A stretch of DNA of 63,099 nucleotides, filler included, from Rhabdomonas costata (lineage: Eukaryota): the NCBI GenBank assembly GCA_019059605.1. It is 26 parts of 26 records of this genome, joined end to end, with 100 filler letters (N's around TTAATTAATTAA, not from the genome) between each part and the next. Parts side by side here need not be neighbours in the genome. Positions count along the whole stretch, not along the records: positions 51,061 to 53,390 come from JAHMHO010003988.1; positions 53,491 to 55,811 come from JAHMHO010003989.1; positions 55,912 to 58,240 come from JAHMHO010003990.1; positions 58,341 to 60,670 come from JAHMHO010003991.1; positions 60,771 to 63,099 come from JAHMHO010003992.1; 21 more parts are not named here. One strand, given 5' to 3'. The position numbers and the translations under genes were made by a program. Each line of letters begins with the position of its first letter. Positions within the stretch are counted from its first letter, which is position 1. The notes beneath the pieces are model-generated. The model saw nothing but the letters and a program-made list of their open reading frames with translations. It did no database searches and had not been told where the DNA came from. Below, one piece after another: positions 51,061 through 63,099 of this stretch.

Positions 51061-51618
51061 CCCACCGAGATACCGGTACCCCAGGCATTGAGCGCTAAAT
51101 TTGGTCATGCCCCTGGCTGTTGAGAAATAAGTCCAGTAACGCTTTGTCGCGCAGTGTCTCTTTTGCGACATTAACCACAAGTGACAACTTCACCCCCCCC
51201 CCTCAACCTGCCAACCATTCTCAGACCGTCCAGTGCATCGTGGACATTGCCCGCGCCGGTGGAGGTGCGGGTGCCCCAGCCCGTGAAAGTGCCTGTGCCT
51301 GTGGAAATCGTGCGGTACCGCGACGTCCCCACGATCCAAGTGCAGACCGTGGAGAAGGTGCCGGTGCCCGTGCCGCGGACCGTGCCGGTGAAGCAGGTGC
51401 AGTCGAGCGCACCCACCGGCACTTTCTCGTGTACAATTACTCATGTTAGCATCAATAAAAGTGCACTTCACACTCGTCACTCGTTCACTGCCTACTCTCT
51501 ACTTTATTTATTGTGTGTCATGGAAGTGGGGTCACAGATCCGCCACGTTCCTGTTCCCGCGGAGAAGGTGGTGACCGTGCAGAAGCCCTTCCCAGTGCAG
51601 AGGACCGTCACACGGGAG
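51061..51618 (+). CDS. Articulin (VPV-repeat pellicle protein); exons <51061-51084, 51225-51396 (apparent +1 frameshift), 51538-51618
   Basis: EIPVPQ|TVQCIVDI/PAPVEVRVPQPVKVPVPVEIVRYRDVP...VEKVPVPVPRTVPVKQ|IRHVPVPAEKVVTVQKPFPVQR. Confidence 0.85.
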
Positions 51619-52519
51619 GTCGCCTCCACCTGCCCCGCCCCCCTTCCGTTCGAACCTGTCATTCTACTCAGAAGCAGAGGTTGGTTCGTTCATTGACAGA
51701 AGCTTGACTTTTTTGACAGTTGTGTGTCTGTTGTTGTAGAAGCCTTTTCAGCCAATTTCTGCGCCACAGGGTTTTCTTGGCTTGTCAGATGCCATGGTGT
51801 CGCGGAAACTCTCATTGTATGCAGTGTATGCAGTGTCTCTGGTGCCACGCCCGTGAAATGAAACGTTGTTAGAGAAAACTGCTTCCACTAAAGGATCCAG
51901 CCTTTAAGAGTGCGAGGGCGAAGCTTTTTTTTTACGGTTCTTTCTCTTATTGCTGTTGTGTGGGGCTCCTTCCAAGCGAGTCTATCTAGACGGCTCAGAA
52001 GACCTCAAGAACCTCACCAATTTTCCGGGCCCTCATCGGAAGGGGGGGGGTGTATCATTTATAACGTCAGCTCGTTTTCTGAGTGACAGACGCCATGGTT
52101 ACTCCGGACCAGACTGGAAACATTTAACCTCAGAACTGGAGCTAGAGTGACGGGTTGGGCTCATATGGTAGTACTCCTGAGATGAGTTGGTTGGCCGCTT
52201 CCACGGGCCTTCCCATATATGACCCCTCAAGATTCCATTTTGGCCCTTTAAGGGCATGTTCGACTTCGAAAAAATTCAAGGTCCTGTAGTGCAGTTTTCA
52301 TACCAGTGCATGCCTGCATACAAAACGCACCTTCGGTTGGCGGGTGTCCACTACCGTTTTGGCCGTTTTGGCAGTTTCCTGGAGCACTTTGTGGTGGTGG
52401 CCCGCAAACAAGGCAGCGTCCCAAGGAATTATCAAGTGCAAGTGTTCGTTGGCAGAGCTTCTGTACGGTTTGGAACTCACCCCTCCTCACACCCACAATG
52501 ACCCACTCCCACGGGGAGT

Positions 52520-52683
52520 ACCTGGTGCAGAGGCCCACAGGGGATGGCACCGGGTACGGCACTGGGCAAGCCGTGCGGGGGACCGGCACCACTTTCTCGA
52601 CCATCGGCTCCACGGGCTGGTCACGCACTGCTCCACAGGCACGGGCACGCACTTCGTCACGATCTGCTCCACCACCACCTCGG
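52520..52683 (-). pseudogene. Frameshifted articulin-like fragment, opposite strand
   Basis: EVVVEQIVTKCVPVPVEQCV continues in another frame as QPVEPMVEKVVPVPRTACPVPYPVP. Confidence 0.6.
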
Positions 52684-53049
52684 CAAGTTTTTTCGAGGCA
52701 AGTTTTTGGATCAGAGGCGGTCAAGCGGAAGCTTTGAGCAGAATGCTGCCAGCTAAGGCGTCCGAAAACAAGAAGTAGAAGGTGCATGAGGACTGTGCTG
52801 GGGAGAGCCGTTCCGGAGGACACCCTTGATGAGGACAACGCCGCAGAGCTGAGCACACACCGGGTTGGGAGAAGTTGATCCAGAAAGCCGTGGAAAGCAG
52901 CCCCGGAATGAAAGGAAGGTGGCGGCAAAGTGCAGCAGGCGGCGGGTTGAGGCTTCAAGGCCCCGGCCAGCAGCGCCAGTTGAGGACAAGGCCTCGGAAA
53001 AGCGGAGTGGGATGGCAAGCCGACGAGAAGAAGGAGAGATGGACGAGAA

Positions 53050-53385
53050 GAAGAAGTAGAACAACCACGCGAGAGGAGGCACCCCAAGCCCCGGTCAGCT
53101 GAGAGAAAAGAAAGGCAGGGCAAATAGAAAAGCAAGAAGAGCAGCCCGAGCCAAAAAGGACAGAAAAGCCAGAAGCAGAGAGCGAGAGCCGTAGCGGAGT
53201 GAAAGGGAGACAGCTAGAAGCATGGATAAAAACCAAGGGAGCAAAAGAGAATCAAAAGAGCCAGAAGTAGCAGCAGTCAAAAGCAGGAGTCAAAAGTTTG
53301 AACGAGAAGCCATAAGGCAAAGCTCCGGGCAGCCAAAAAAAAACGCGGAGGAAGAAGTAGAACAACCACGCGAGAGGAGGCACCC
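53050..53385 (+). repeat. 35-bp direct repeat at 301-bp period in a purine-rich tract
   Basis: gaagaagtagaacaaccacgcgagaggaggcaccc at 53050 and 53351. Confidence 0.9.
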
Positions 53386-54127
53386 AAACCNNNNNNNNNN
53401 NNNNNNNNNNNNNNNNNNNNNNNNNNNNNNNNNNTTAATTAATTAANNNNNNNNNNNNNNNNNNNNNNNNNNNNNNNNNNNNNNNNNNNNGGGGGTTTGG
53501 GAAGGCGCCAGGGTGCTTGTACCGCAGTAAGGTTTGACGACAACTAGCGCGCGCAAAGCGTGGAACCCGCAATCCTGGACAGGTTCGCACGACTTCTGTA
53601 CCGAAGCCCGAGGCAGGCGGAGTGTCTCTTGTCTGGTAAGCCCCGACAGTAGTGAGAGTAACTAGTCTGTCCGAACCTTACTTAACGCAACGATCAGTGC
53701 GTCTTAAGTTGGGGAATGCCTCCATTCATCCACATACTCCTTTTTGCTCCTTTGGAGACAAGCAGCGAAGCACACACATCCCCTAGTGATTACGAGGTCA
53801 AAATTACGAAGGCGTTTGTTGTCAATATGTCAGTGCTGTGGATTTTGTCATCGCTGCTGCGTTTTGGGTTCTCGCTTAAGAATTTTCTTGGCAAGTGTAA
53901 ATATCAAAAAGACGACAGTAACGCAAAAATGTTGTATGTGTTTACGATATCCAAAATGTCGTTGGCAAGCTGTTATGACTTTGACCTATCACACGACTGA
54001 GTTTTTTCCCTTACGCCTTTTTTAATTCGGCTTGGGTTGCTATTTGAGCAATGGTATGAACTTGTGTTTTCCTAATGCCTTGAATATTGTATTCGGATTA
54101 ATTTTGGATCAGGACTTTATAGTCATT

Positions 54128-54330
54128 CTGAAGAGATCTAAGCCGAAGCAGGCCTGGGGTCTTTTGTATACAGCAGGCCTCCCAAAACACGGCGTGGCCG
54201 GTCCTTGGGGTCAGGACCGGCCAGTCCCGAACCCTCGGCCGGTGGTGGTGCCCCTTGGCGGCTCTTTCGTAACCCTTTTTTGCCGCTTCTTGCCCCACGC
54301 AGCGGAGGGTTTACGACAGCATCCACAACG
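54128..54330 (-). repeat. Dispersed repeat family R2, copy 3, with perfect 11-bp hairpin
   Basis: Homology to 18593-18783 and 35291-35400. Stem tggccggtcct/aggaccggcca at 54195-54223. Confidence 0.8.
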
Positions 54331-55069
54331 TACTTTACAACGAACCACCCACGCCGAAAGAAAAGGGCTCGGCAACTGGCTCGTGGCCGCCTGCAACCCA
54401 CAGCAATCACCACAACAATCAGGACTTTTGAAATTTGGAAGAATTTTTTATCTATAAATAATATTTTGAATGGCATAAAGAGTCGCGGCAGCGATGCAGG
54501 GTATCGGTGCAGGCAACGGCACAGTGCTGGAACAAGGGGCGGGCAAAAGGACAAAGGAGAAGGAGGAACTAAGACATCGCGTCTTTTGATTTCGTCCGGA
54601 ATCCACGAAGAGGCAAACAATGTCATTCGGTTTGTTTTCCTTCTGACAGGTCGAAAATAGGGTAAGTATGGTGTAAGAGCCCTGGTAATCGCGTGAAAGT
54701 GCAGCTCATTGTTGTTTGCTTTGCTGTAACTGTAATCTGAATTTTGGATCACATGCAGGGTCTTTTTTTTATAAAAAATACCGCCAATACCCCCAAAGCA
54801 ACCAGAGCACCAATCGAAGTGCACACTCAACAGCAACAACACAACTGACCGAGAAAATAACCGAAGACTAACCGGATACTCCAGGAAGGCACACCGAACT
54901 TCGAATTAGAACTCACAGCACCCCAGTAGACGACGCACAAGCACGCACGCACACACACACACACAGAATTACCCGCGCGGTACTGACACCGTAAGACTAG
55001 GTTTTTTGTTTTTGTGAAGTGCACTTTCCCCTCCTGCCTCCTTCCCAATGTGATGCTTCTACTTTTCAG

Positions 55070-55585
55070 GTTTCCATTTTGGGCAAGGAAAGTATCATCG
55101 TCGGAACAGATGTTTTGGACTTCATCCCCTCTGACCTCAAGGGAGCGGTATTCACTGCTTCTTTTGCCTGGCGCTTGACTGGCGTACATTGAAGCTCATT
55201 GCTTGTATCATATTAGGTCAAAGCTTCTCGGTTCGCTCTTATCACTGATGAAAACGTGGGCGCGCTTTACCTGGACAAAGTAAAGGTTTGCCGGGTTTTC
55301 ATTTCCTGCATTTCTTGAAGAAAAAAAGAGCTTCTTTCTTGGTGCCACACGGTTTGTTCACGCTTGCAGACCATTTTTTCAAAATGTGGTTTGGAGTTGT
55401 TGACTCGGGTCATTCCTGCCGGTGAGGGGACGAAATGCAGAGCCTCTAAGGAGGAGTTGGAGAACTGGCTCCTGGAGAGCCGGTGCAACCGAGATACTTG
55501 CCTCATTTCTTTGGGTGGTGGAGTTGTTGGTGACTTGACTGGCTTCGTCGCTGCCACGCTTCTCCGTGGAGTTCCTTTTGTGCAG
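55070..55585 (+). CDS. 3-dehydroquinate synthase domain, AROM-type N-terminus (exons 55070-55147, 55217-55285, 55370-55585; following donor is GC)
   Basis: VSILGKESIIVG...|...LITDENVGALY..|..IPAGEGTKCRASKEELENWLLESRCNRDTCLISLGGGVVGDLTGFVAATLLRGVPFVQ. Confidence 0.93.
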
Positions 55586-56075
55586 GCATGCTTCGTGAAT
55601 ATGGTTTTTTTAGGGTTCCATGTGGGCCTTGGCCCTGGACATTTATTAAACTGAAACGAACCGAATCGAACCTTTTTCGATTTTTTTGCCAGCTTTTTTC
55701 ATTTCAAGTCCAAAGTTCAACGTAACCAGCTAAAAGTCCAAAATAACTTAGTTCAGTGTTATGACCGGGCACCCCCAAATTGAACTTGCGTTCAGTGCCA
55801 CCCTGGTGATTNNNNNNNNNNNNNNNNNNNNNNNNNNNNNNNNNNNNNNNNNNNNTTAATTAATTAANNNNNNNNNNNNNNNNNNNNNNNNNNNNNNNNN
55901 NNNNNNNNNNNGTTGTTGGATCGTAGTCCTGTTGAGAAAATTGACTTGTATGATAATCTGGTTCGTGACCATGGAGTGCAGGAATGAAACTCTCTGGTTT
56001 ATCACATTTCATCTATTTCATCTGCGCGCTTATTGTTTTTTTGTTGCGGTTTTTTCATTTTGGTTCTTTATTCAG

Positions 56076-57809
56076 GCTTTGGTCCAACTCATCCGGGATT
56101 CCCGTACGCTGACACACCTGAATCTGGGTGCAAATGATATTGGCTCGATGGGTTGTGCCTTCATATCGGCTTTGCTGCCGCAGAACAAGAAACTGAAAGT
56201 TCTCATTCTTGGTGCGTTACGAATGGGCTTCCTTCGCATTTAGTGTCGTTTGCGTTCTGTCGCATTCACCGCTCCCTCCTTTTGCACAGGGAGCGAGGAC
56301 TCGACCCTTCACACGAATCACATCGACACTGAAGCAGCCAAGGGGCTTATTGAGGGATTAAGCAGAAACAAGACAATCAAATGGCTGGACCTCAACCGCA
56401 ACCCAATTGGGGCTGCATCTCAAGAGCCTTTTCTTGCTATTGCTAAAGTGTGCAACCCCCTTTTCGTATCTCATAGTTTTTTTTTGGCGTATATTCGTCT
56501 CTCCTTGTCATTTTTTGCAATGTTGCAGGTGCTGGACAAAAGCAAGCAACTTTCTACCCTGAAGCTGGGTTCTACATCCATGCAATCCGCCTCGGCAGTG
56601 GCTATCGTGAAGGCCTTGCACAACAACACCGGGCTTGAGTTTTTGGATTTCCACGACAACGACCTTATCCCTCACGTATCTTGTCTGGAATTTTGAACTT
56701 TTTTGAATGGTTTATTGAGTATTGAGAGGGTTAGGGAGTCGGCAACTAGACAATTGCAGTTGAATTGTTTGTTGTCGTTCGTTGTTTTGCGGATTGGGAG
56801 ATAACGCAAGTTTCCATTAGAAAATTAAGGCGGAGACTTATTTTTCTGTGGTGGTTGCTCTTTCCTCTCACCCGAAACAAAGAGCAAAGGGGACGTCTTC
56901 ATTTGAAACAAAACCTGCACATGACAACATTGTAGCAAAGCGCGACTCGCAACCGTACTGGAAGAGGAGGGATCAAACACATTCAGAGATCGAGAGATTC
57001 AATGTATCGGTAATCGCGATCCCGGTAGTCGATTACCGATGGTTAGTCGACTGTGAACATTTTTGTTGCTTTATTGTCGCTCTATTCTTGCGTGTGCGCT
57101 TGCGTAAGACTTGAGAGCAAGTTCCTCATTCAAAAGGACGTCCTTTGTATGTAAGAATGGCTATCATGCTGCTCCCTTACGCGAGCCCCCCCCCCCCGGT
57201 ATTCTATCACCTTGGTTTTTCTTGGGGGGGGGCGACAGTCCTTTTGTTGTCAGATGCCTGTGGTTTGCATGCAGGTCGGCGAAGCGTTCGGGGAGCTCTT
57301 TCAGGCTCGAAACGGAACGGCCGGCACGGAAGGGTCAACAGGTGGCCAGCAACGCAGTCCGGAAAGTTCGAAGAGCAACACGAACACGATTCATACCTTA
57401 CTGCTTCACGGCAACCCAAAGATGAAGGCTAAAGGGCTTGTGCCGCTTTTCAAGACTCTCCAGCAGAACAAGTCTCTCACCACACTGAACGTTGCGAGAA
57501 CCAGCATCGGCAACGACGGTAACAGCCTGCTCTTTCTTTTTTCTCTTTTTTGCGCTCAATGTGGATCTGGGGGTGTGCTGTTTAAATTGCTTTCCATTAA
57601 TTTTGCTGTTCCTTGGCGCGACTTCTTCTGTGCTCACTTGTCTCTGTTTTGGATGCTGTTTTTGTCTTTAGGGTGCTTTGCGTTGGCCGAGGCATTGAAG
57701 GAAAACGGTACCCTCACCAACCTGGACCTTTCCCAAAACGATATTGAGGAATCGGGGGCTGTCGCTCTGGCAGGAGCTCTTCAGGGAAACACGGCTCTCA
57801 AGATCTTGC
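56076..57809 (+). CDS. RI/NLRC3-like leucine-rich repeat protein, 5 exons
   Basis: TLTHLNLGANDIG, TIKWLDLNRNPIG, SLTTLNVARTSIGNDG|CFALAEALKENGTLTNLDLSQNDIEESGAVALAGALQGN; GT-AG joins in frame. Confidence 0.9.
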
Positions 57810-58345
57810 GTATGTTGTCAGCTTGTTGGAATCAGGCACAGGAAGAGAAGAGAGTTTGAGTGACAGACAAAAGTAGGCGGGGAACCCTCAGGACACGGTC
57901 TCCTTTCCTTCGCAAAACAGTTAGTGTTAGTCTGTTCCTGGAAAAGCGGTGCTGAGTCTTGCACTACGTCTCAAAGTCTCGCATTCCCTGACGTGCATGT
58001 ACACTTTCTGGTGCACGCCAGGCTGGCCTGCGCCCATGCCGTGTGCGGCCTCACATTCCCACCCCTTGTGTCGGATGTCACCCCATACGCTGTGGACGGA
58101 GCCCAAGCGGACGACCTGACATAGTAGGAGCAGAAGTTGATGGGCCCCTACACGAAGCACGGATCGTTACTGAATTATTGGGTGGTCCGGCGTTCTCACT
58201 TTCAGAGCTTTCGGGAAATCGCGTCAGAGACACCCACCCCNNNNNNNNNNNNNNNNNNNNNNNNNNNNNNNNNNNNNNNNNNNNTTAATTAATTAANNNN
58301 NNNNNNNNNNNNNNNNNNNNNNNNNNNNNNNNNNNNNNNNGTTTG

Positions 58346-58427
58346 GTGGTCGCTGTCCATGTGAGAGGACTTACCTACTGAGGCACCTGCCACAGTAGGT
58401 AAGTCCTCTCACATGGACAGCGACCAC
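58346..58427. repeat. Contig-start fold-back hairpin (35-bp perfect arms)
   Basis: 58346-58380 is the reverse complement of 58393-58427. Confidence 0.92.
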
Positions 58428-60200
58428 AAAACCGTCCTGGCAATCTAAGTGAGGGCTCGATGAATAACTTCACGCGTCTCACTCACCACACGAGAAGTGC
58501 AACGCAATGAAGAAACCTGCCACCAAAGAATAGTCAACGTGGTTGTTGACAGAGATGAGCTTTAGTGCGCTGAAAGAGGAGCAGTGCACAACTACAAACT
58601 CGCGCCAGAGCCTGACCATGACATCCCCTAGTACAAGGCTGACACTGTGGCCATCAAAAATCCCACATCTGAGGAGTCCCAAGCGCATATACCTTGTAGG
58701 AGTATATGAGCATGTAAGACGTTTCTGCACACTCCTATATCTAGCTTAAGTCGACGTTCTGGAGAGCAGAGAGATTAAACACAAGCAGAAAGTTGTGCAA
58801 CCAATATCGGCCGACACGAAATTGATCACATCAAAAGGCGCCATTAGGTGTCATTCTCAAAGATCAGCTTCAAGAACGGCTACCATCACCATCTTCTCCT
58901 ATTCATCCTTTAGTTCCGGATACCCACTGCACTCCAGAAAGCTAAGTCAAGAGGACAGAGGCAGCGATGTAACAACGGAAGTCTGGGCCAGCTGGACGCG
59001 CCAAACGCCAACATCTACATGGCTAGATGACAGCCCTGACACGCATAAACACTGTCATGTGACGGCAAAATACACGCATCATTGGCAAGGCAGAGGTGGA
59101 ACCTGAGTGTAAGGGGCAGGTAAATGACACCCCACTGAAGCTACTTGATGTGGAGACCATGTGAGCAAACACGCTAGGAACCTTTGTTACGTCCTGCCAA
59201 ACTTTGTAGCGGTGTACTAAATACAATCATCCAGTCCATCCAGCTCGCTGCAGATCGGTGTAGTGCCATATCGAGCACACAGTCGAGCCACTATTCAGCG
59301 TTTTTACTGGGCACTGGTTACATAAAGCACCCAAGGCACCTCCAGCAGAGCAGTGGAGAATAAAGCACTTTTTATCAGCACAAGTTCAGTAGATACAGCG
59401 CCTCACCACATTGGATCACAGCACATCGCACATGGAGTGAAAACTACTTTAACAGTACAAGCTTTACAAAGTCTTTTTGCCCAGTATCGGAGCGATTCTC
59501 TTTCTCAGCTGGGACAATGTGGAGAGGAGAAATGTCACAACACCTCATCCGCCGCACACAAGGACAAGCAGCGACGCTTTCGAGTCCTCACAGGCTTCAA
59601 TTCATCCTACTTTTGAGATACACTCTAGCAGCATCACCAGATTCCAAGCTTCTGTTCAACCTGAGCTTCAGTGGGAACCAAACCAAAGCAAAGCCGATAG
59701 GGCGTATTGTGGAAGCACAGAATAAGTCGGTTTCATGGGCTTTGTGCCATTGTGCCATTCCACGTAAAAAGCCCAGCAGCTCACGGAAGCCTCCATCCAT
59801 ATTCACAGGAACTACGCCCCACCCCACAGAAAACCCCCACCAAGCAGGCAGCGCGGCCACTCTGACACCTCCACGCGGAAGCCAGCATTGGCTTGAGTGG
59901 CCCAATCCGACGGCCCAGCAAACCCGGGCACCAGATCCCAGCCGAAAATTTGGGGTCCGTCGTGAAAGCACAAAAAACAATACACCAGACCATCGCGGAG
60001 CGCTCCGCGATTTTCTCACGGCTCATTTGTACAGCCACATTTACAGACAGCCTCCAGGTGGTCTGCCAACGGCGACCACACAGACCTTATTTGTATGTCA
60101 TGCCATGTAGTCATCATGTCGCCTCCTAAACAATCTCAACGAGACTGGGGAGGACTGATGCCACCACCTGCCGTAATTGGCCATCTTCAGTTCGACCACA
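58413..60200 (+). mobile_element. Highly decayed non-LTR retrotransposon (APE-RT type) remnant
   Basis: Ordered weak motifs: DSDHKTVLA (APE C-terminal SDH), RTWSENYF (about 59430), KFGVRRESTK (cf. QxGFRxxRST, about 59950). No intact ORF and no YADD seen. Confidence 0.35.
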
Positions 60201-60799
60201 ATATTAACATAACCCGTGCCGTGGCACGGCCTTATTCCTCCAAACCAGCCTCCCTACAGCTTGTACACTCTCTTGGGCCACAGAATCCCGCCACCTTCCC
60301 AAAGTCTCAACCTCATGCTCAATGTCATTCGCGGAGTGCTTTCCAGCCAATATACCATTCCAACAGCCCAACCAACACACGCACACCTACACCCATACAC
60401 ACGCCGAGTGAATCCAGCACCGCCGGCACAAGCAGATGAGAATGAATAAGCAGATGCTGTGGCATGCGGGATGGCATCCTGACCAACGCCTACTTAACAG
60501 CAACCGCGCGCACACGCGCCAAAAAGACACACACAAGCATATACGGCGACCGCAAAACCGTCCGGGCAATTGCGGCCAAGGCTTGCAGAATAGCTTTCTC
60601 TACCTGGCCCTTTCATGGTGGGCTGCGGTAGCATTAGCAGCGCAAATGGACACGGCAAACCACCAACCCANNNNNNNNNNNNNNNNNNNNNNNNNNNNNN
60701 NNNNNNNNNNNNNNTTAATTAATTAANNNNNNNNNNNNNNNNNNNNNNNNNNNNNNNNNNNNNNNNNNNNGTGTTGGGTTGGGTGAATTTAAGTTACAA

Positions 60800-62616
60800 A
60801 TCCCTGCAAGTAAGGGGAGGCACCCAAAGATAAATCTGGACCTGCTTCGAGTAGGTGTACGCCGAGAACACCGGGTTTCCGTCCGGGTCCACCCCTTCCT
60901 CCAGACCCTTGCCTCCACGAAGCGCCCTCAGCATCGCCTCCGCCCCACTGCCTTGGTATGCATGAGGTAGAGTTGACATCCGTGGAGCAGCCACCGGACT
61001 CCATATCGGAGAGGAACTGGACCGCAGAGCCAAGGGGTTGGTGCACGGGATAGGCTCGGCCAACCATGAGCGCCAAGCTACTATCGTCCACACGGTTTTG
61101 AGCGTTGGCGTAATCAGTCGCCTGATCGATGCTCTGCTGAACAATTTCGTCGTCATCGGTCTTGTAAATCAAACCTAAAATGGGATTAATAAACAGGATA
61201 AAAAGGGGCGAAAAACAGGGGGGGGGGGCAATGCCAGAACCAGGCAGATGGGAAACGTAAGAAAAACAAGGGCACCGATTCCGAGCTCAGGAAGGCAGAC
61301 CGTGGACGCCAGCACGAGCTCGTTTCTGTGAAAAACGAAAACAAAAAACGGCACAACAATCGAAGCACTCTCGCTGGTGTCAAGAGTTCAAGGAGAAGAT
61401 AAACTCAAGGTATGAGAGAAAAACCAAGTTGATCAACTCCCGGAACAAAAAAATCGATCAACCTGTAGTCTCGGATCATTCCACTGCCGTTCACACATAG
61501 CACAGCCGCATTCAGCGGACCCTGGTTGCTGCCTGCCGCCGTGCTGCAGTTCGGCGCACACTCCGAAACAAACTTCGGCTCAGAGAGGTACGACGCACTG
61601 ACTCCATTCGCACCGGTCACCTTCTGCACGATCAGGAGCTCGGTCGTGCCGTTGAGCTTTGCATTCAGAAAGCTTCCCTGCTTGGCAAGCAGCTGCAGAA
61701 ACTCTCCATGAACGGAGACGTAGTTGCCGTCGTTGAGAGCGGTTGCTTGCATGTTGGGCGGGTCCACAAATATCTCGATCAAGAAGCTGGCGTTCAGCAG
61801 CGGCATTTCGGAAGCAACAGCGAGCGACTTGGGGGAGTTATATGTTGGCAGCCCAATGGAAATCTGCGATGGCGACCGCAGCGCCGCTGCACCCGCACGG
61901 TCAAAACCACAGCTGCCCACACCGCATCCTGGGTAGTTTCCCGTCAGCACAACGCCGGGGTTCGACTTCTGCTCCATCACAAGGTCTCCCATGAGATCCG
62001 TCAGGTTCGCAATGTAAGCGGCGTCCACCGTGTGAGTCAGGAAGTGACTCTGCCTCTGCCGAAAGGGAACGATGTACACCACTCCCAGCGATGTGCCGGG
62101 AACCGGGCAGTACGCAATGAACGCGGCTTCCTGGGTGTAGGTGATGCCCAGCATGCTTCCCCCGGCATTGCTGCCCAGGGCAAGGCTGGCCGCGCTGAAG
62201 AGGTCCTCGGTGAGGCTGCAGTTGGGAAGGGGGTGGCCCCCCGCGCAGTACCGCAGCTGGCTCAGAAGCACCGTCTCGTTGCCCAGACGGTAGCCCTGGG
62301 TGGGATTGGCGCTCTTCTGCACCAGAATCGCCTCGTGGCCAGGGTCCAGCAGCTCGTTGTTCATCTTGTCCACCACAGGCACAACCACATCCAGGCCATT
62401 CCCCATTCGCGAGAGCGCGGCAAGGCTGTTCCCGATCATCCTGGCTTGCTCCAATGCTGAGCACTTCGAGCTGGACAGGAAGAGCTGGTCCGTCACGGAT
62501 GCCATCAGCACGAGTGCGCTGTGGGTGGCGTCCTGCAGGGCGCCCACCATGTTGTCATATCCCACGCGCTGCACCATCTCGGCCATCATTGTCGCAGTAC
62601 TGAGTTGCTGACTCAG
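60800..62616 (-). CDS. Extracellular sensor protein with tandem Cache/PAS-like modules (exons 62616-61463, 61325-61276, 61174->about 60800, apparent frameshift near 60960)
   Basis: Recurring module ending GITYTQEAAFIAYCPVPGTSLGVVY, RDYR|NELVLASTVCLPELGI|GLIY and GVDPDGNPVFSAYTY, each preceded by a Cys pair. Confidence 0.68.
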
Positions 62617-63099
62617 CTAAAGGGCGAAGAAAAAACTGCACAAGGAAGCCCGGAGGCACCATTGTAGTTACTGCGCCGTTTTATGCGGGAAAGGGGATCA
62701 CAACCAACTGAAGCCAAAAGAAAAACTGTCTAGGGAGTGCCGAAGTGAGCTGTTAGTCTGACAATCGGGTTGCAGACGAGAGTCGTGAGAAACGGGGCAC
62801 CATAGACTTCACCTCTTTCCTCTTGCATTCAGATTTATACTTGCATTACATTAAAGAGCACCACCAAGAATGTGGTGCTCGATCCGGGTTTGCACAACAG
62901 TGAAGCAGTGCGCGACCACCCCACCACCACCGCTACCATAGCATCACCGCCGACACCCTTGCAAACATGAGAAATGCCTTGGCTGTGCGACTCAGGGCGG
63001 CGAGATGGACGTACTGGGCACCTAAATCTGCGACGACCCAGATGTCGCATAGGGTGAAAGTCTACCAGAGAGATTTTTGCACTGGGCTTACAACCACAC

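Noticed and set aside
51079-51254. Non-conventional intron to explain the articulin frameshift
   Set aside because: End pairing fails after 3 nt, the phase does not match, and the skipped TVQCIVDI is itself articulin-like.

Overview
This is not a contiguous locus. It is a pseudo-scaffold of 26 unrelated, size-sorted contigs of about 2.33 kb, joined by a 100-nt linker (44 N + TTAATTAATTAA + 44 N), so gene neighbourhood means nothing across linkers. The DNA is intron-rich eukaryotic nuclear DNA, most likely from a euglenid. That is an inference from the articulin genes, GT(G/C)YG-type and GC splice donors, AG acceptors directly before start codons, and one euglenid-type non-conventional intron. 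Contig ends are G/T-only (5') or A/C-only (3'), and several carry fold-backs, both typical of whole-genome amplification. Gene fragments reconstructed by hand: SQD2-like GT4 glycosyltransferase, EF-hand/ZZ protein, two LRR proteins, GDP-mannose 4,6-dehydratase, cullin, MutS-family protein, poly(A)-binding protein, pentapeptide+WD40 protein, His kinase, subtilase, ABCG transporter, MFS-like protein, claudin/amastin-like protein, articulins, AROM-type dehydroquinate synthase and a multi-Cache-like sensor. Most notable signals: (1) a 538-nt non-GT-AG intron whose ends are held together by nested inverted repeats in the euglenid +4..+6/-8..-6 register; (2) an intronic repeat of about 0.75-0.85 kb found as circularly permuted, roughly monomer-length copies (A-B versus B-A), suggesting spread via a circular intermediate; (3) decayed Merlin/ISXO2-like transposons with a candidate TIR; (4) a second dispersed structured repeat. 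All protein calls come from motif recognition, not database searches.
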